DNA of 64,000 nt from Cetorhinus maximus (lineage: Eukaryota), in the NCBI RefSeq assembly GCF_964194155.1, contig NC_135902.1, forward strand, positions 27,590,001-27,654,000, written 5' to 3'. This document shows, one piece after another, positions 1 through 13,199 of the stretch. Under the pieces are notes generated by a model. It worked only from the letters and a program-made list of their open reading frames with translations, was not told the origin of the DNA and made no database searches. The position numbers and the translations under genes were made by a program. Position 1 is the stretch's first letter. Each line of letters starts with the position of its first letter.

Positions 1-879
1 CCAGAAAACATATCCAATGCCATTTTGGCTCGGGTACTATAGAGGCACCCCTGGCATCGTCCTAAAACAGCTCTTAAATCCTTTGCACATTCTGATAAGG
101 GGCCTGTTGCCGGCATTAAGAATCCCTTTCTGAAACTGGTAAAAACCTTGGCAGAGCTTTGGATTTGCATCCCTCAGACTTGAAAGTACGATCATTGAGC
201 TGCAGACTATGCTTCGCCTGGCCACAGAAAGCAAGTATCTACTTGTGTCAGAATTGTAAATAGCCCAATTCTAGGAAAGTCAATAAAATTAGTCTTTCTT
301 GCTTTGACCTTTAATGTTAAAAACAGGGTAAGAGAATCAAATGTAGCAAAACGCTGAAGTAGCTACTTAATCTTCAAGTTGTATGTGTGGGAGTCTTTAA
401 AGTTTAATTCTATAATTCTAACCTTTATATCTGAACTCAGCTGGTGAAAATTCAATGCAAATGTCAGAGTGGGTAAATTCTGTAACAGCATACCCTGAGG
501 CATTTTGCATTTTATAGCGCATTTGAATTTTTTCTGGGTATTGATGCATTTATTTTGTGTCAATGCCAATTAGGTACCTTAGCCCAATTAATGATTCTAT
601 TGCAAATAAGCAGACTATTTCTTATTTACTTTATTTATTGCAGATTATTTCAACTATAGTCACAAATGTTACAGAAAATATCCCCTCTCACTGCCTTTCC
701 CTGAAGCCTTTCTTCAGCATAAGGCAAAGTGGCCTCTCTTATGGATTGAAAACTGAGTATGTGTTCTCTCTACATTTTTCTGGCATTGCTTAATTAACCC
801 TAATCCCAGCAAATAGTTTACTGGAGTAAATGCAGGATTCAATGGCACCTCCGAAGTTGATTTCATATAAGCTAATTTG

Positions 880-1900
880 TTGTTCCAGATTGATGTATTT
901 TATCTTTTGTTCTTGGGATGTGTTTGATGCTGGAAAACCTACCATTAATTGTGGTGGCAGTCCTTCTCCTTGAACCATGGCAGACCATGTTATAATGGTG
1001 CTCTCATGATGGTATCAAGCTGAAAATTCCAAGAAATGACCCAGTGACAATGAAGGAATGTTAATAGATGTCCAGTTCAGGCTGGTATGTGGCTCGGAGA
1101 GGAATTTAGAAGAGTTGGAATTCCCACAATATTACCGCTCTTCAATTTCTTGGTGGTAGAGACTACAGGAAGGGAGGTCATGTTGAAGTAGTCATGTGAG
1201 ACTAAGTGAAGTGCATCCTGTAGATCATGCATACAGGAGCCACTCTGCTCTGGCTCCAGAGGGGTTTAAAATTGAGTCCAGTGGCATTGAGGTTCATCCA
1301 TAAAACTAATTTGGTGCGGATGAAGCCAAGATTCTCGAATGTTGCCGCTGCACACATCTAGCAAAATGGTGAGCGTACGCCTGGTCCAGTAATGCTTCTG
1401 GTCAACAGTTAAAGGACGCTCTTTATTGTGGTGAGAATGCTAGTACCAGGCTGGATTTAATTCAGATTCTGCTGTCGGCTCATATGGGCTGTCTTCTGAT
1501 CAGGAAAATCTTGAATGGAGCTAAACCTTGGAATGCGCAGCAAACAAATTCACTCTTGACCTTATGGTAGAGGAAAGGTCATTAATGAAGTAGATGAGAA
1601 TAGTCTAGACAAGGATGTTTCACTCAAAGAACTCCTGGAAGAACTCCTGCAATGATTGATCTATTGCAATAGGTTTGACTGCAGCCATTGGAGGACTTAC
1701 CTTTCTCCCCTATCCATTGACTTCAATTTTACTGAAGCTTCTTGGTGTTATATTTGATCAAATTCTGCCTTGAGATTAGGACACCTGCCCTCACCTGTCC
1801 TGAGCTGAGCATTTCTGGTGAATTCCTAACTGAGCATCAATGAATATGTAACTAATGAGTAAATATTGTAATATTGATAATGCCTTCCTTCAATTTATTG
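880..1900 (-). mobile_element. Old, diverged fragment (RT region) of the LINE family seen at 46648-49600
   Basis: The reverse complement resembles the RT and 3' region of the 46.6-49.6 kb LINE (by-eye similarity). No intact ORF. Confidence 0.55.
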
Positions 1901-1921
1901 ATGATTGCAAGAATCAGATCC

Positions 1922-2032
1922 TGAAGCAGTCTATGCCCACATGCAGCAAGACCTGGACAATATTCAGGCTTGGGCTGATAAGTGGTAAGTAATGCTCATG
2001 CCACACAAGTGCCAGGCAATGACCATTTCCAA
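1922..2032 (+). mobile_element. Short LINE RT fragment, same family as 49195-49303
   Basis: gaagcagtctatg...cagcaagacctggacaatattcaggcttgggctgataagtgg...gccacacaagtgccaggcaatgaccatttccaa is near-identical to 49195-49303. Confidence 0.8.
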
Positions 2033-2615
2033 ACTCCATTCCCTAACTACTGATTCCAACCTTCTCCCTGGCAACAATCTGAGGTTAAGCCACTCCGTTC
2101 GCAATCTTGGTGTCACGTGTGATCCTGCGAAATGCTTCTGACCTAATATTTGTGCCATCACTAAGACTGCCTATTTCCACTGCTGTAACATAGCTTGGCT
2201 TCACAATGTCTCAACTCATCTGCTACTGAAACCCTCATCCATGCCTTTGTTACCTCTAGACTCAACTATTCCAGCACAGACCTGGCTGGTCTTCCACATT
2301 CTACCCTCCTTAATCTTGAAGTCATCCAAAACTCTGTTGCCCGCAGCAAGTCCCCTTCTCCTATCACCTCTGTGTTCACTGACTTACATAGGCTCCCAGT
2401 CAAACAACATCTTGATTTTAAAATTCTCATTCTTGTTTTCAAATCTCTCCATGGCTTTTCCCCTCCCTATATCTGTAATCTCCTCCAACACCACAACACT
2501 GTGAGATACCTGTGCTCCTCTAATTCTGCCCTCTTGAGCATTCCCAATTATAATTGCTCTGCCATTAGTGGCTGTGCTTTCAGTTGCCTGCACTAAGCTC
2601 TGGAATTACATCCCT
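2033..2615 (+). mobile_element. L2-clade LINE 3' ORF2 fragment, with its tail displaced to about 4560-4660
   Basis: ORF 2195-2596 has ETLIHAFVTSRLNY and LHRLPVKQHLDFKILILVFKSLHG, typical of the L2 ORF2 C-terminus. A tail gtgctatataaatataagttgttgtt lies at about 4631-4657 and matches the tail at about 22563-22586. Confidence 0.8.
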
Positions 2616-2619
2616 ACAC

Positions 2620-3785
2620 CCCTATATATTCCCAGGATACACATCGTTTCGATGGCGGGTGGGCTCCGATTCACCATCCAGGCTGTCACCTCGCTGCTTC
2701 ATCACGCTAGGCACCACATTTAAAGTACAGCCGTGCTCAGTGCTTCCAGCCCAGGACTGCAGCAAAGAAGACATGGTACCGAAAAGCAAGATGTCTGCAG
2801 CCCTCGAGCGCCTTTTGGATGTCGTGGAGGCCCGCTGCGATGTCCTCTACCCCCTCTCTGGCTGCAGGAGGGGCAGCAACATTACCACTCTGGCTTGATA
2901 GGCGATGGCAGTGGTGATCAGTTCCAAAGCTGCACAGAAGAGGTTGGCCATCGAGTGCAGAAAGAGGGTGAATGATCTCATTCATGCAGTCGGGGTATGG
3001 CAACCATCTCATCAATCTAAGCTCACACACTCAAGCCCATCACACATTCATTGGCATCTCACTCACTGCCAGCTCAAGGGACATCACCACTCATTCTCAC
3101 ACACATACCCTCACATGTCCATCTGGCCTCATCTCCTGTGGAGACTGCCTCCTCAGCCCTCACCCTCTTGGGGCCACTTGCACAGATCAACATGTACCCC
3201 CACACATACCCTCGGATACCCTCCTTCCCCAGTACAGCCCTTGTCTTGCAGCCTCTCCCCTTGCCTGAGGCCACTTCTTCCCCTCCTTCCCCAAGCAAGC
3301 CCTAGCCCTGCAGCTGTTGAAAAGCCACCCACATATGGCTGATCTGGTAGGTAGAGACCTGTTCATGAACTCCCCATAAAAGTGATGTGGTGCTGTCTGT
3401 GAAGCCTGGCACTGATGACTTTGAGTGCTGATTGAAGCAAGGTAGACAAATAAATGTTGAAGTCCCGAGCGAAGTGCAGCCCGCCAGGTGCATGCCTTAT
3501 ATATGCTGTTGTGAAAACATCGGCGTGTTTTCCTGCCGACATGGGCGGACGATCCAGCGGGGTGAGGGGGGTGGTGGGGAATGAGCTTGGTGGGCTGGCC
3601 TTATAATGATATACTGATGTATTCCAATTAGGTTCCCGACGTCTGATGGCGGGAACTGCGGCCCGCCATCGACAGGCTGAAAGGATGATGGCAAACTGGT
3701 TTCAAGATGTCATGAAACTTTGGCCTTTTAGCCATATTGTCTCCTAACACCACCGAACGCCAGCAGGCACAGAAAATCCCAGCCC
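2620..3785 (+). mobile_element. Non-autonomous PIF/Harbinger derivative (family B) with a degenerate Myb/SANT exon 1; left end truncated
   Basis: ATG at 2773 reads MVPKSKMSAALERLLDVVEARCDVLYP..., then AQKRLAIECRKRVNDLIHA, with a GT donor at 2995. The right TIR gaaaatcccagccc ends at 3785. Colinear with 25495-26738. Confidence 0.8.
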
Positions 3786-3959
3786 TAGTGTGAATGAGGG
3801 AATGCAGAACAAGGCTTGGCTAACAGCCCAGATATTCATTAGTCTGTTGAAACAGCTGCACCCCAGGGAAAACATAATTTAATTGACAGCTCTTTCTCTG
3901 ATATCTATTCTGTCCATTGCACAATGCTTATTTCCACAAGATAGAGAGGTGCCAAGGGC

Positions 3960-4548
3960 TTATAGTTTTCGCAATTGCTACTTTAAAGGGCCTGGATGAT
4001 TGACACTTTTATAGCCCTGTGATAAAAGCAATTTTATTAAAATAAAGTAGGCAGTTATGTATGAATGACTTTTTAAAACCTTTTGAACACATGCTATTAT
4101 TATTATAGGGTTCACCTCTTCTGTACAAAGAATATATTGGATAAAAGCTCATTGAAGTGCCATTGGTTGGCATGAAGGGTTTGAAGGGGCCACTGGGTTG
4201 AGGTGGGGTATCAGGCAGCATTAATTGGCATGGATGGGACATGCGGAGTATGTGGAGGGTGTGGGCTGTGAGGAATGAGGGCTAGAGGGCTGTTTTTTGT
4301 TTTATTGATTTTATTGTAACTGGGATGAAGCCCAAAGCGCCAAGGCGGGTCTTTTAAATAGCTTGCCACAGCAGCGGTCGGACCCCGTGGCTGCCTCCAA
4401 ACTCTTTCTGGGGCAGCGGGCCCGACTCCAGTTACCTGCTGCCCCCTGTCTGGAATGGAAATGCCCTGTTTATATCCTGAGGTGGGTGTGCTGAGCTGGC
4501 AAATTTCCAGAATCCGGCTACCTGCCTCTAGGTTGAATATCCAGCCCA
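3960..4548 (+). mobile_element. Right part of an older Harbinger-type non-autonomous element, related to 22865-24950
   Basis: GGG-rich block and end gaatatccagccc resemble 24450-24950 and 41450-41896. Confidence 0.45.
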
Positions 4549-4679
4549 ATATTTCCATAGGTGACTCTGTGTCAAACTTTGTTTTATAATGCTCCTCTGA
4601 AGTGCCTTGGGTTGTTTCATTACATTTAAGGTGCTATATAAATATAAGTTGTTGTTTTGTCATCGAGTGCACTCAGCCT

Positions 4680-5290
4680 TGGCAGCAGGTCAATTAGAAT
4701 CATCTACTCAGCATTTTGGCTGACAAAGCTTCCAAATATTTAAGCCTTATCCCTTGCCCTCATGATTGACAATGGGAATGTTCATTGAGCTTCCTCCTCC
4801 AGTTAGTTGACTGGTTGAACGTCACCATCCTTGACTGGTTGTGTCGGGGAGAATAGCTTTGCTGTGCTCCATTTGGTGGGGGACTGCTTAGCTCTACCTA
4901 GAGCCTAGCTGCTGCTATTGGTGGTTAGCCTGCAGTTAACCTTGTGCAGCATCTATGGTTCTGTGAGTTTGACTATTTCAGACTGTTGCTTTGCTGACCT
5001 GTGGGACCAGTCTTCCAGTTTGACACCAGCTTGCAAATGTTATAATGCAAGAGATCGCCTAGGCCCTGTTCTGATTGATGTCTCCGAATCTGTCCATTTG
5101 TTAAATTACTTTTGAACTTTCCAGTGATTGTTAACTGATTAACTAAGCCATATCAGTGGACATGCAGCAGCATCAACCTCATGTTGTAGGATTAAAGTCA
5201 TGCACTTGCCAGATGAGGAAGAGGTGACAGATTGCCTTCTGTGAAAGACAGTAGTGAACCAGCTGGTATTTTATGACAGTCTGGTAGCTT
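4680..5290 (-). mobile_element. Old fragment (post-endonuclease region plus 5' UTR) of the tRNA-headed LINE family
   Basis: 4720-4860 matches the reverse complement of about 48100-48260. The minus strand of 5205-5285 (ccagctggttcactactgtctttcacagaaggcaatctgtc) matches the LINE 5' UTR at about 46820-46865. Confidence 0.6.
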
Positions 5291-5559
5291 TTTAAGGTTA
5301 TTTTCTGGTGCTATTCCACAGATTACTCTTAAAAATAAAATGATACACTTAAGCAAAATGAGATAGCTAAACTCAAACTCATCATGCCTTGTGATACAAC
5401 AGTTCTGTAGGATAAATCAGCTGAGTCTCTATTTTTGGTATAGAGTTTCTAAATATATGCTTTGAAGTTAGGTCCTAGACGTATAATTTGTGAGTTTATA
5501 GTACCCAAGAAGTCTGGACACCCCTTATAAACCTGAAGTCTTTTACAGTGGAACTTTTT

Positions 5560-6040
5560 GGGCAGAATTTTGCTGTCGGCGAGCAGGGGGCGGGGCCCGC
5601 TCGCCGACGCGTAAAATGACGCGAGATGATGTCGGGGAAACCCCCAGTGTCATCCCGCCCCATTTAAATTTTCAGGAAGGTGGGGGCACAGCGCGATCAG
5701 CTGTGCACCCGCCGACCTGTCAATGGCCAATTGAGGCCATTGACAGGATCATTTAAACAATTAAAGGACCCGCCCGTCTAACCTTAAAGTTGGTGGGCAG
5801 GCCAGGAGCCCCAGCGGGCAATAGAAAGAACATGAAACCTCATCCACCAGCAGGATGAGGTTTCAGGCAGGGTTTTAAACAGTTTAATAAAGTTTTACTG
5901 TAATTTAAGAACATGTCCCATCTCGTGTGACATTGTCACATAAGGGGGACATGTTAAGGATTTTTTTAAATTTCCATTTTTAATCTTTTTAAAAGTGTAA
6001 TCGATCTCCCTGAGGCAGCACTTAGCCTCAGGGAGATTTT
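5560..6040 (+). mobile_element. Harbinger MITE (family A), one end truncated
   Basis: TIR GGGCAGAATTTT at 5560. Contains the three family hairpins (gaaacctcatcc..ggatgaggtttc; acatgtccc..gggacatgt; atctccctgaggc..gcctcagggagat). Confidence 0.85.
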
Positions 6041-6338
6041 GGGGACCTGATTTGACACTGAGTTAAATATTTTAACTACCATTTCCATGGATAGACTCTG
6101 CACTGCTCATTAACAATTCTGATTGGTTAAGAAGATACAGTTTCTTACCTTGTTCACACAGGTCCACGAATCCCTGTAAAAGACACTGTTTTTAATGGTT
6201 GTTTAACAAGGAACTTCCTATGCAAAAACCTATACAAAGCCTATAGGCAAGTGCAATTCAAATGAACAGCTGGTATCATCTGTTCATCACTGATGATAAA
6301 AATCAGCCAAATGTGTTCTGTTCCACAGCTTTGTACAT

Positions 6339-7473
6339 TGTTATGGGCAGGGGAGAGGTGGTGGGATAGTTTCCCCTTTTTCCCCTCTCGACCAACCGAA
6401 GGGCAGATGTGTTTTTAAAAAGAAAAATAAGAGTTTTGACCCCCTGAGTGCCGTAACTGTTAAGAACAGACAAATGATAGATTTTCTTTTAAAGTTTTTA
6501 AAAAAAGAAGGATAAATGTTTATTACTCAACACCCAAAATGTAATCAAACTACACCTACTCACAGGCTCATACAGGCACTCTAGAAAAGATGGTTTTTTG
6601 CAAAGGAGATAGCATGCACTTGGGTCTTAAAAGTCCAAAGATTCACTGTCGCACTTGCTTCTCCCACGATGAAATCTTGAGATGTTGCAAGCTTGTGATT
6701 CCTTTTTGTTGTACTGAAGAAATAAAGTCAGGAGGTTGATGAAGTCAGATTTGCAGTAATTTACTGCCTGTAGAAGCAGGTTTCTCTTGCTTTACTCCAC
6801 TCGAGGTGCAATCGAACCCTGTACCAAAAAGTTGATTTGATTCTTCAAATAGATAAGTAAAGGCTAACCTGAATTCCCTACCTGCTGATGGATCTTAGGC
6901 AACGTCCTGTTCATTTGCTGGTATGGACCTTTTTCCCTCTTCCTGTTGCAAACATTTGTCTTATTAAATGTACTTAATCTGAAAGCCTAGTTCCTGTCAT
7001 GTGACCATAGTAGCTGTTTTCCATTGTCCTCACAAATGGTCTCACATAACTTGGTCATTGTCAAACAATGGGGTCCAAGTTGCACCCATTCACATATCAT
7101 TGTGATAGAATAGGGTTTTTCACACCCATTCTTTGGAATTCCTTTCTGAAGCTGAAAAGTCTGCAATGAGTATTGTGAGCTTCTTTCTTTAATTATTTGG
7201 ATAAGGTCAGTCATTAACCACAGGGAAGGTTTAATGACTTCTCAGTCAGATGTCCCAAAAGTTCATTTCCATTTGAATATCTTATCCAAAGATGAAGTCT
7301 AGCTCCAAGGTCTCATGTGGTTCATCTACATTGACAGGAAAAAGGTCCCCTGACCTCTCAACTCCATTTTGTTTTAAAAATAAGATGTCCAATACCCATT
7401 TTGTTTAAAGATAAAGTGTTAATTTCAAATTTATCCTTCTAAATCCATGATGCCACATTGCATGAGCGTGATA
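6339..7473. mobile_element. Probable solo LTR
   Basis: Begins TGTTATG like the solo LTR at 61352. Possible end gcgtgata with imperfect flanks acat/ccat. Non-coding, about 1.1 kb. Confidence 0.35.
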
Positions 7474-7932
7474 CCATAGTGAAAAGATGGACACATCCTC
7501 TCAGCACTTAGAATATTTCGCAAAAATAAAATTGGCAACAACTGCTATGTCAGGTTGGAGACAGTTTACTTAAAACTTTCTGGAGCACTGGCTCCTCAGT
7601 TTCCGCTGGGAGAAATGCCTACTTTTCTGGCCATGTTTCGGTCACCTCAAGAGGTCCACTTACCAAATGAAAAATTCCAGTTGACCTGGGAAAGGGTCCT
7701 TAATAGGCCCTTAATTGACTATATTGGTTACCTGCCGCTTGTGGCTAGGAAGATGTTTCGCACCGGGCCAGCCTCCTCAGAAATGGCCGGGAGTCGGGAC
7801 TGTGCTGGGAAACTGTTTAATGTCCCATCATCTACAAAAATACATCGTTGTAAGTTCAATGCACATGAAGAAAGAACCAAGGAAAGTTTTATGTACTGCT
7901 TCATTTTAGTCCCCGTTCAGTGAGTGTATCAT

Positions 7933-8589
7933 GGGCAGAATTTTGCCCTTGACATGTGGGCTCGGGGTGGGGGGTGCAGGCGGGGGCGGTCAGGAAGCTG
8001 ACCACCGCCCACAATCAGACCCGGAAGGCAATTTCACGCTGGCGGGACAACCAAGGCCTGCCCAGCGTGAAACGCGAGCAGCAGTGCTGAGCACTGCCTT
8101 TGCGGGCAGGGGAGGGGGAGTGCAAGCACGACCTTCGCGCATGAGACAGCTCTGAACTGATTTGAAAAAAAAATTAAAGATTTGATAAATGTGATGAAAC
8201 ATGTCCCCTCATGGGACTCTGTCACATGACCAGGGACATGTTATTTATGAAGAATTAAAGCTTTTATTTAATTTGTATTTGCTTTTGAAAACCTCATCCC
8301 GCCCGTAGGTGAGGTTTCCAAAAAAGTGCAAAGGCCGCTTGGTCTTTTTGCCTGCCCGCCAACTGTAAGGCTGGACAGGCAATGAAAATGTTACTTCAAT
8401 TACCTTTTAAATGGCCTTAATAGGCCTTTTAATAGTCGGTGGGCGCGCTGCTGACTCCGGCGCTCGCCCGCCGAGCGAAATATCACGACAGTGCACAATG
8501 ATGTCAGGACACACGCCCGACGTCGTTGCGTCATTTTAAGCTTGGTCGGGTTGGGCGTGTGCCCGCCCACCGAGGTAAAAATGTTACCC
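7933..8589. mobile_element. Harbinger MITE (family A), complete
   Basis: TIRs GGGCAGAATTTT and aaaatgttaccc, with 3-bp TSD CAT at 7930-7932 and 8590-8592. Internal hairpins present. Confidence 0.85.
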
Positions 8590-9599
8590 CATGGGATAAA
8601 GTGTAAAATGGCTATTGATTCTAAATTTGTTGTTGATACTAAATGAATGCTGGATATTACTTAAAAGCGAATGCTAGAATTGTATCCCTCAGGATTTACG
8701 TGTCACAGCAATTTTATTCATGATACATGAAATACTGCTTGAAGTTTTTTGGTGTCATAGAATATTAGTTTATTTTTTGGCTATTGGCTGTACCATTTAC
8801 ACCCAACCAAAGAATATGACCAATGGGCTCATGTTTTACATAACGACCCAGGAACAGCAATAAACATGAGTTCGTAATGTCCAAACTCAGGTTCCTTTAT
8901 GAAATAAGCTTCCAATTATTACAAGTGTGCATATCATCGAGCTTCAAAGCGTTGCCCCACATAACCATCCGTGCACCCATAGTAAAACTGCAGGAAAGAT
9001 TTCGATTCTGCAATTATGCACAAAATCTATAAAGCCTAAACTGACATCACGGTTGCACATAAAATCTTACCCTGGTAGCATGAGTGACTCATGTATTCTT
9101 GCCAGTTTGGAACTCAGCAGGAATTTTCTGCGAGGACAGATGACAGGTGGATAACTGCTAGATAAAATATTAATCTATATGTCGGTATGTGTTCTGTCAG
9201 TTTTATTTTAATGTAATGTCATTCTCCTAGGTGAGCGAGATAAGGTCCAGAGTCACAGCTGATAACTCGAGTATATTTCCCAAATTATGCAGAAGAGGCA
9301 GGTAATGAGAAGGCTCCGCGTGCATGTCTGACAGATAAAAAAAATGATATTCAAGTGTCTGCATTTTTTGTGGGGGAGGGAATATCATAATGTAACTCTC
9401 AGAAGAATTTTGAATGTTTTGGAAGGATGCTGTATACCTCCATAATTTGGCAATGCCCTGCAATATTAATGTTGTCCTGATGGATGACAGCAATGGAAAA
9501 TGGAAATGGAAAACCAAGGGAATGCACAAGAACTGGGTGTGTGACATCTGAGCAGCAGTGCAGAGTATTGGCCAATCTGCAAGTGTTAGAGTAGGGTCA

Positions 9600-9940
9600 A
9601 CTTCACTCCTTTGTTGGCACTATCATCCCCGAGACAGAAGATTGTGGCCTCAAGTCCCATCCCAGGACCTGAGCGCATAATCTAAATCGGCATTTCAGTA
9701 TAGAACAGAGGGAAAGATGCATTGTCTTTCAGAGGATACACTACATTCAGGCCCAGTCTGCCTATCAAAGACCCATGGCACTCTTTGAAGAAGGGTAGGG
9801 CATATTCCATATTCCAGAATTTGGCAGCATTCCAGATCCCACCAGCACTTCAAAGAACAGAGTAATTGGTCATTCATCTCACTGACTTTTTATAGGGTTA
9901 TAGATTTACTTACCTAACTGTGGCTGCACTTCAAAAGTAA
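9600..9940 (+). mobile_element. Diverged Deu-domain SINE (SacSINE1/AmnSINE-like)
   Basis: Degenerate B-box-like gcctcaagtcccatcccaggacctgagc is followed by a Deu-like core (cagaggga...gtctttcagagga...caggcccagtctgcc...cccatggcactctttgaagaag). Confidence 0.55.
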
Positions 9941-10078
9941 TTAATATTGGTATAACAATCAAAAGAGGTGTCCAGGGCACACACCACAGCTGGGGTGGCT
10001 GCGTTCAGGAAAAACAGGTCCACATATGGCCTAACCACCAGTTATTAAAGGGGTTGCAAAGGCTGCAGCTAAAACACT

Positions 10079-11677
10079 GGGCAGAATTTTAAGGCTGATG
10101 CGCGGGTGGTGGAGCCCGCACGTCAGCGCTTACAATATCACGCGAGCGTCCCGACGTCAGCACGCGGCATCGCGATATTTAGCTGGGCGGGTGCACTATG
10201 AAGCACGACGCGCGCCCGCTATTAATTAAAGGCCTTGTTAAGGCCCTTAACTCGGCAATTGAAGCCGATTTTGAGGACCCGTGTGATCTTCGCCTCGGCG
10301 CACGGGCCCAACGGGCAGGCGGGTGAGTGATTTTTAAACAAACCTCATCCAAGGGCGGGATATGTGGGCTCAGAGGGGTTGTTCATGTTTTTTCTGAAGT
10401 ATTTAATGCAGAAAGTGTTTTAAACTTGCCTGTGTGATTGTTAGCAGCTCAGATTGATTTCCAATAGCTTTCTCTGTACTTTGAAGCTTCAGCTCAGCAG
10501 TCTGCAGACAGTAATCTTTATCGGGCCTGCAGCTTTCCAGAGGCCTACATTTAGCCTGGGTATGGGTTCTGACATCTCCACTAGAGACAGCTCCTCTGAA
10601 GAGGAGGGGAGGGATAGAATAAGGAGGAGGCCAGGAGTGGACAATCAGCCTCCAGGGGAGCCACCTTTGGGAGGCCAGGCACAGGCACAAGGGGCGCAGG
10701 GCCAAGAGGTTGTCCAAGGTGGAAGGGGCCGCAGAAGACGCCACTATCCTGCTGCCAGGGTTTACAGGCGGCGAAGCAGCTACCTCAATATGACTGAGGT
10801 GCAGCGCCGAAGGAGGCTCCATCTGTCAAGGGAGACAGTCAACTATATCTGTCAGATGACTGGCCCTGAGATCTCCCCTAACTGTGTGGGTGGACACCCC
10901 ATGCCAGCGGCTCTGAAGCTCACAGTTGCCCTCCACTTCTATGCATCTGGCTCCTTCCAGGGCTCGATGGGTAATCTTTACGGTGTCTCCCAATCAGCTG
11001 TCCACACTTGTGTCAAGCAGGTTGCAGACGCTCTGTTCAGACGGGTATTGACCTTCATCCACTTCCGCTGTGACCAGGCAAGTCAGATACAGCGAGCCAG
11101 AGGCTTTGTGGCCATTGCTGGCTTCCCCCGCGTCCAGGGTGCTATAGACTGCACACATGTGGCCATCAAGGTGCCAGCAGGTGAGCCTGGTGCCTTCATC
11201 AACAGGAAGGGCTTCCACTCCATGAACGTGCAGATAGTGTGTGATCACAGGATGCTGATTCTACAAGTCTGTGCAAGGCACCCAGGCAGCTCCCACAATG
11301 CCTACATCCTCAGGCACTCCCAGGTGCCAGGGCTCTTCAGTGCTCCGGCTCGGCTGGATGGATGGCTGGTGGGTGATAAGGGCTATCCCCTCGGAAGGTG
11401 GCTCATGACGCCTCTCCGCCATCCAAGAACAGAAGCTGAGCAACAGTACAATAGGAGCCTCGCCTCCACAAGGACATGGTGGAGAGAGCCATCGGTCTTC
11501 TCAAGATGCGCTTCCGTTGCCTGGACCACTCGGGGGAGTTGCAAACCCGCTGGGCGGGCCTTAATTGGCCCGCCCGCGCAAAATGCCGGCGCGGCCCATT
11601 TCGCCGGCAGGTATCGGCTGCCCACCCGCTGCAGAGTCAGTCGGGCCCGCCCGCCCGTCAAGGGCAAAATTCAGCCC
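10079..11677 (+). mobile_element. PIF/Harbinger DNA transposon, internally deleted, transposase-bearing (family A ends)
   Basis: TIRs GGGCAGAATTTT at 10079 and AAAATTCAGCCC ending 11677; flanks ACT/AGT (imperfect TSD). The subterminal regions resemble the family A MITEs. Confidence 0.92.
10562..11538 (+). pseudogene. HARBI1-like Harbinger DDE transposase (DDE_Tnp_4 type), frameshifted near 11475 and 3'-truncated
   Basis: Motifs LTVALHFYASGSFQ, GVSQSAV, AGFPRVQGAIDCTHVAI, NRKGFHSMNVQIVCD, PGSSHNAYIL, WLVGDKGYPL, YNRSL, then in another frame VERAIGLLKMRFRCLD. Confidence 0.93.
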
Positions 11678-13199
11678 AGTAAGTTTTTAAAATCCTGAAC
11701 TGAATACGTAACCAAGAGATGCAAAAATGTTCCTCCCTGCTTCACAAAAAAATCCATGGGCCGTTGCCAGACACTATTTGGCCCCTTTTCTCTTCTGATT
11801 GCTGCCACAACCCTCTCTGCAATTCCCCATGCCCCTCTAGATCTCCGCCCTCCAGGTTTTTCCCAGCCCATCGCCTCCTGTATCTCTTGCCCTCTTCTCC
11901 CGATCTCTCTCTCCCCCTTTTTGCCAAGACTTACCTGACCTATGGGTGACATAACAGCTCCACATTCACATGTTCTTCGCCACTAAACTCCTTGGGAATT
12001 CCCAGCAGGTGCCACAGCTTCGATGCAAATGAGGCCCAAGGCCCAACAATGACTGGGATTCTGGCCTACCCATTCTGGCACAGGGAACCCAGAAGGAAAA
12101 AAAACTGTTTGGAGCAGTACTCTTATTTCCCAGTTTTTACTGGTGTTCCATTTTAAAGTATACAAGACCAGTTTGGACCAGTATTCTTATTTCCCAGTTT
12201 TTACTGTTTTTTTTTCCTTTTGGGAACATTCACAAACCTATTTCCAGGCTGTGATGCTCCTTTGACAAATAGGCCTCTATCAGTTGTGACAGTTTTGATG
12301 CCAGGACAGTATTGTTTTCCTGAAAAATGTCAGACTACTGATGATCTGATGCTGTAATATGGGCTAATTGAACTGTAACGTGAAAGAACATTTGGCTGCC
12401 TGTCTTGGTAGCAGCTCATCTTTGTGGAACTTGATACATATATCACTTGTAACTTATGATAAATTATTATATAGAGTTTGTGTTGCTATTGTCTGAAATG
12501 TTTGAATGTAATAACAACATTAATGATGGAGATATTTATTTCCATTCCCTTTCTGGTGTTTCTGGAGCTGACTTGCTGTAGTTTATTGAAGCAAAGGGAT
12601 GAGCTAGTCACTGGATTGTCATTGTGTACTTGGACTAATGAGCATATTGTGGCCCTCAACACCCTGTGCTTGCTCCTGACTGAGGTAAGTTGTGCATTGG
12701 AGTAGGACCTTTCCCACTTACACCCTTGCCTATTTAGTCCATACTGAGAATGAAAATGCTACAAACCAGAATTTTTTTTGTTGATACACAACATCTGCAG
12801 GTCCCTGTTTTGTGGGATCTTATTTTGACTGGAGATTTCCTGGTTTAAAAACCTGTCATGCTTGTTATATAAATACAATGATTGTTCTTTCTTGAAAATG
12901 GATGAATCCATAAGATATCTGGCTTTATAGAATGTTACACAGTTAGACAAGTCCATAAGGTGGGAGAAAAGGATTCTAAAAAAACTCAAAGGCTTTTTTT
13001 TTCCCCCTGCAAGAAACACACTTAGCTTAAGGGGCACGCAACAAATTAAAACTTAATAGGATCAGTCAAGTATTTTATTCTTCTTATAAATCCAACAGTC
13101 AGAGAATGGCAACTAACATTGACAATAATCTACTTTTATCTTCTAACAAATTGCTAATCTATGTTCAGCTGCCTGATCAGATCCTTTGGAAAGCGAATA

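Noticed and set aside
10454-11698. Domesticated host gene HARBI1 or an intact 414-aa CDS
   Set aside because: Flanked by TIRs, frameshifted before the catalytic Glu, and the C-terminus reads through subterminal DNA.
12107-12206. CRISPR-like repeat-spacer-repeat
   Set aside because: Only two units, no cas genes, vertebrate-type context.
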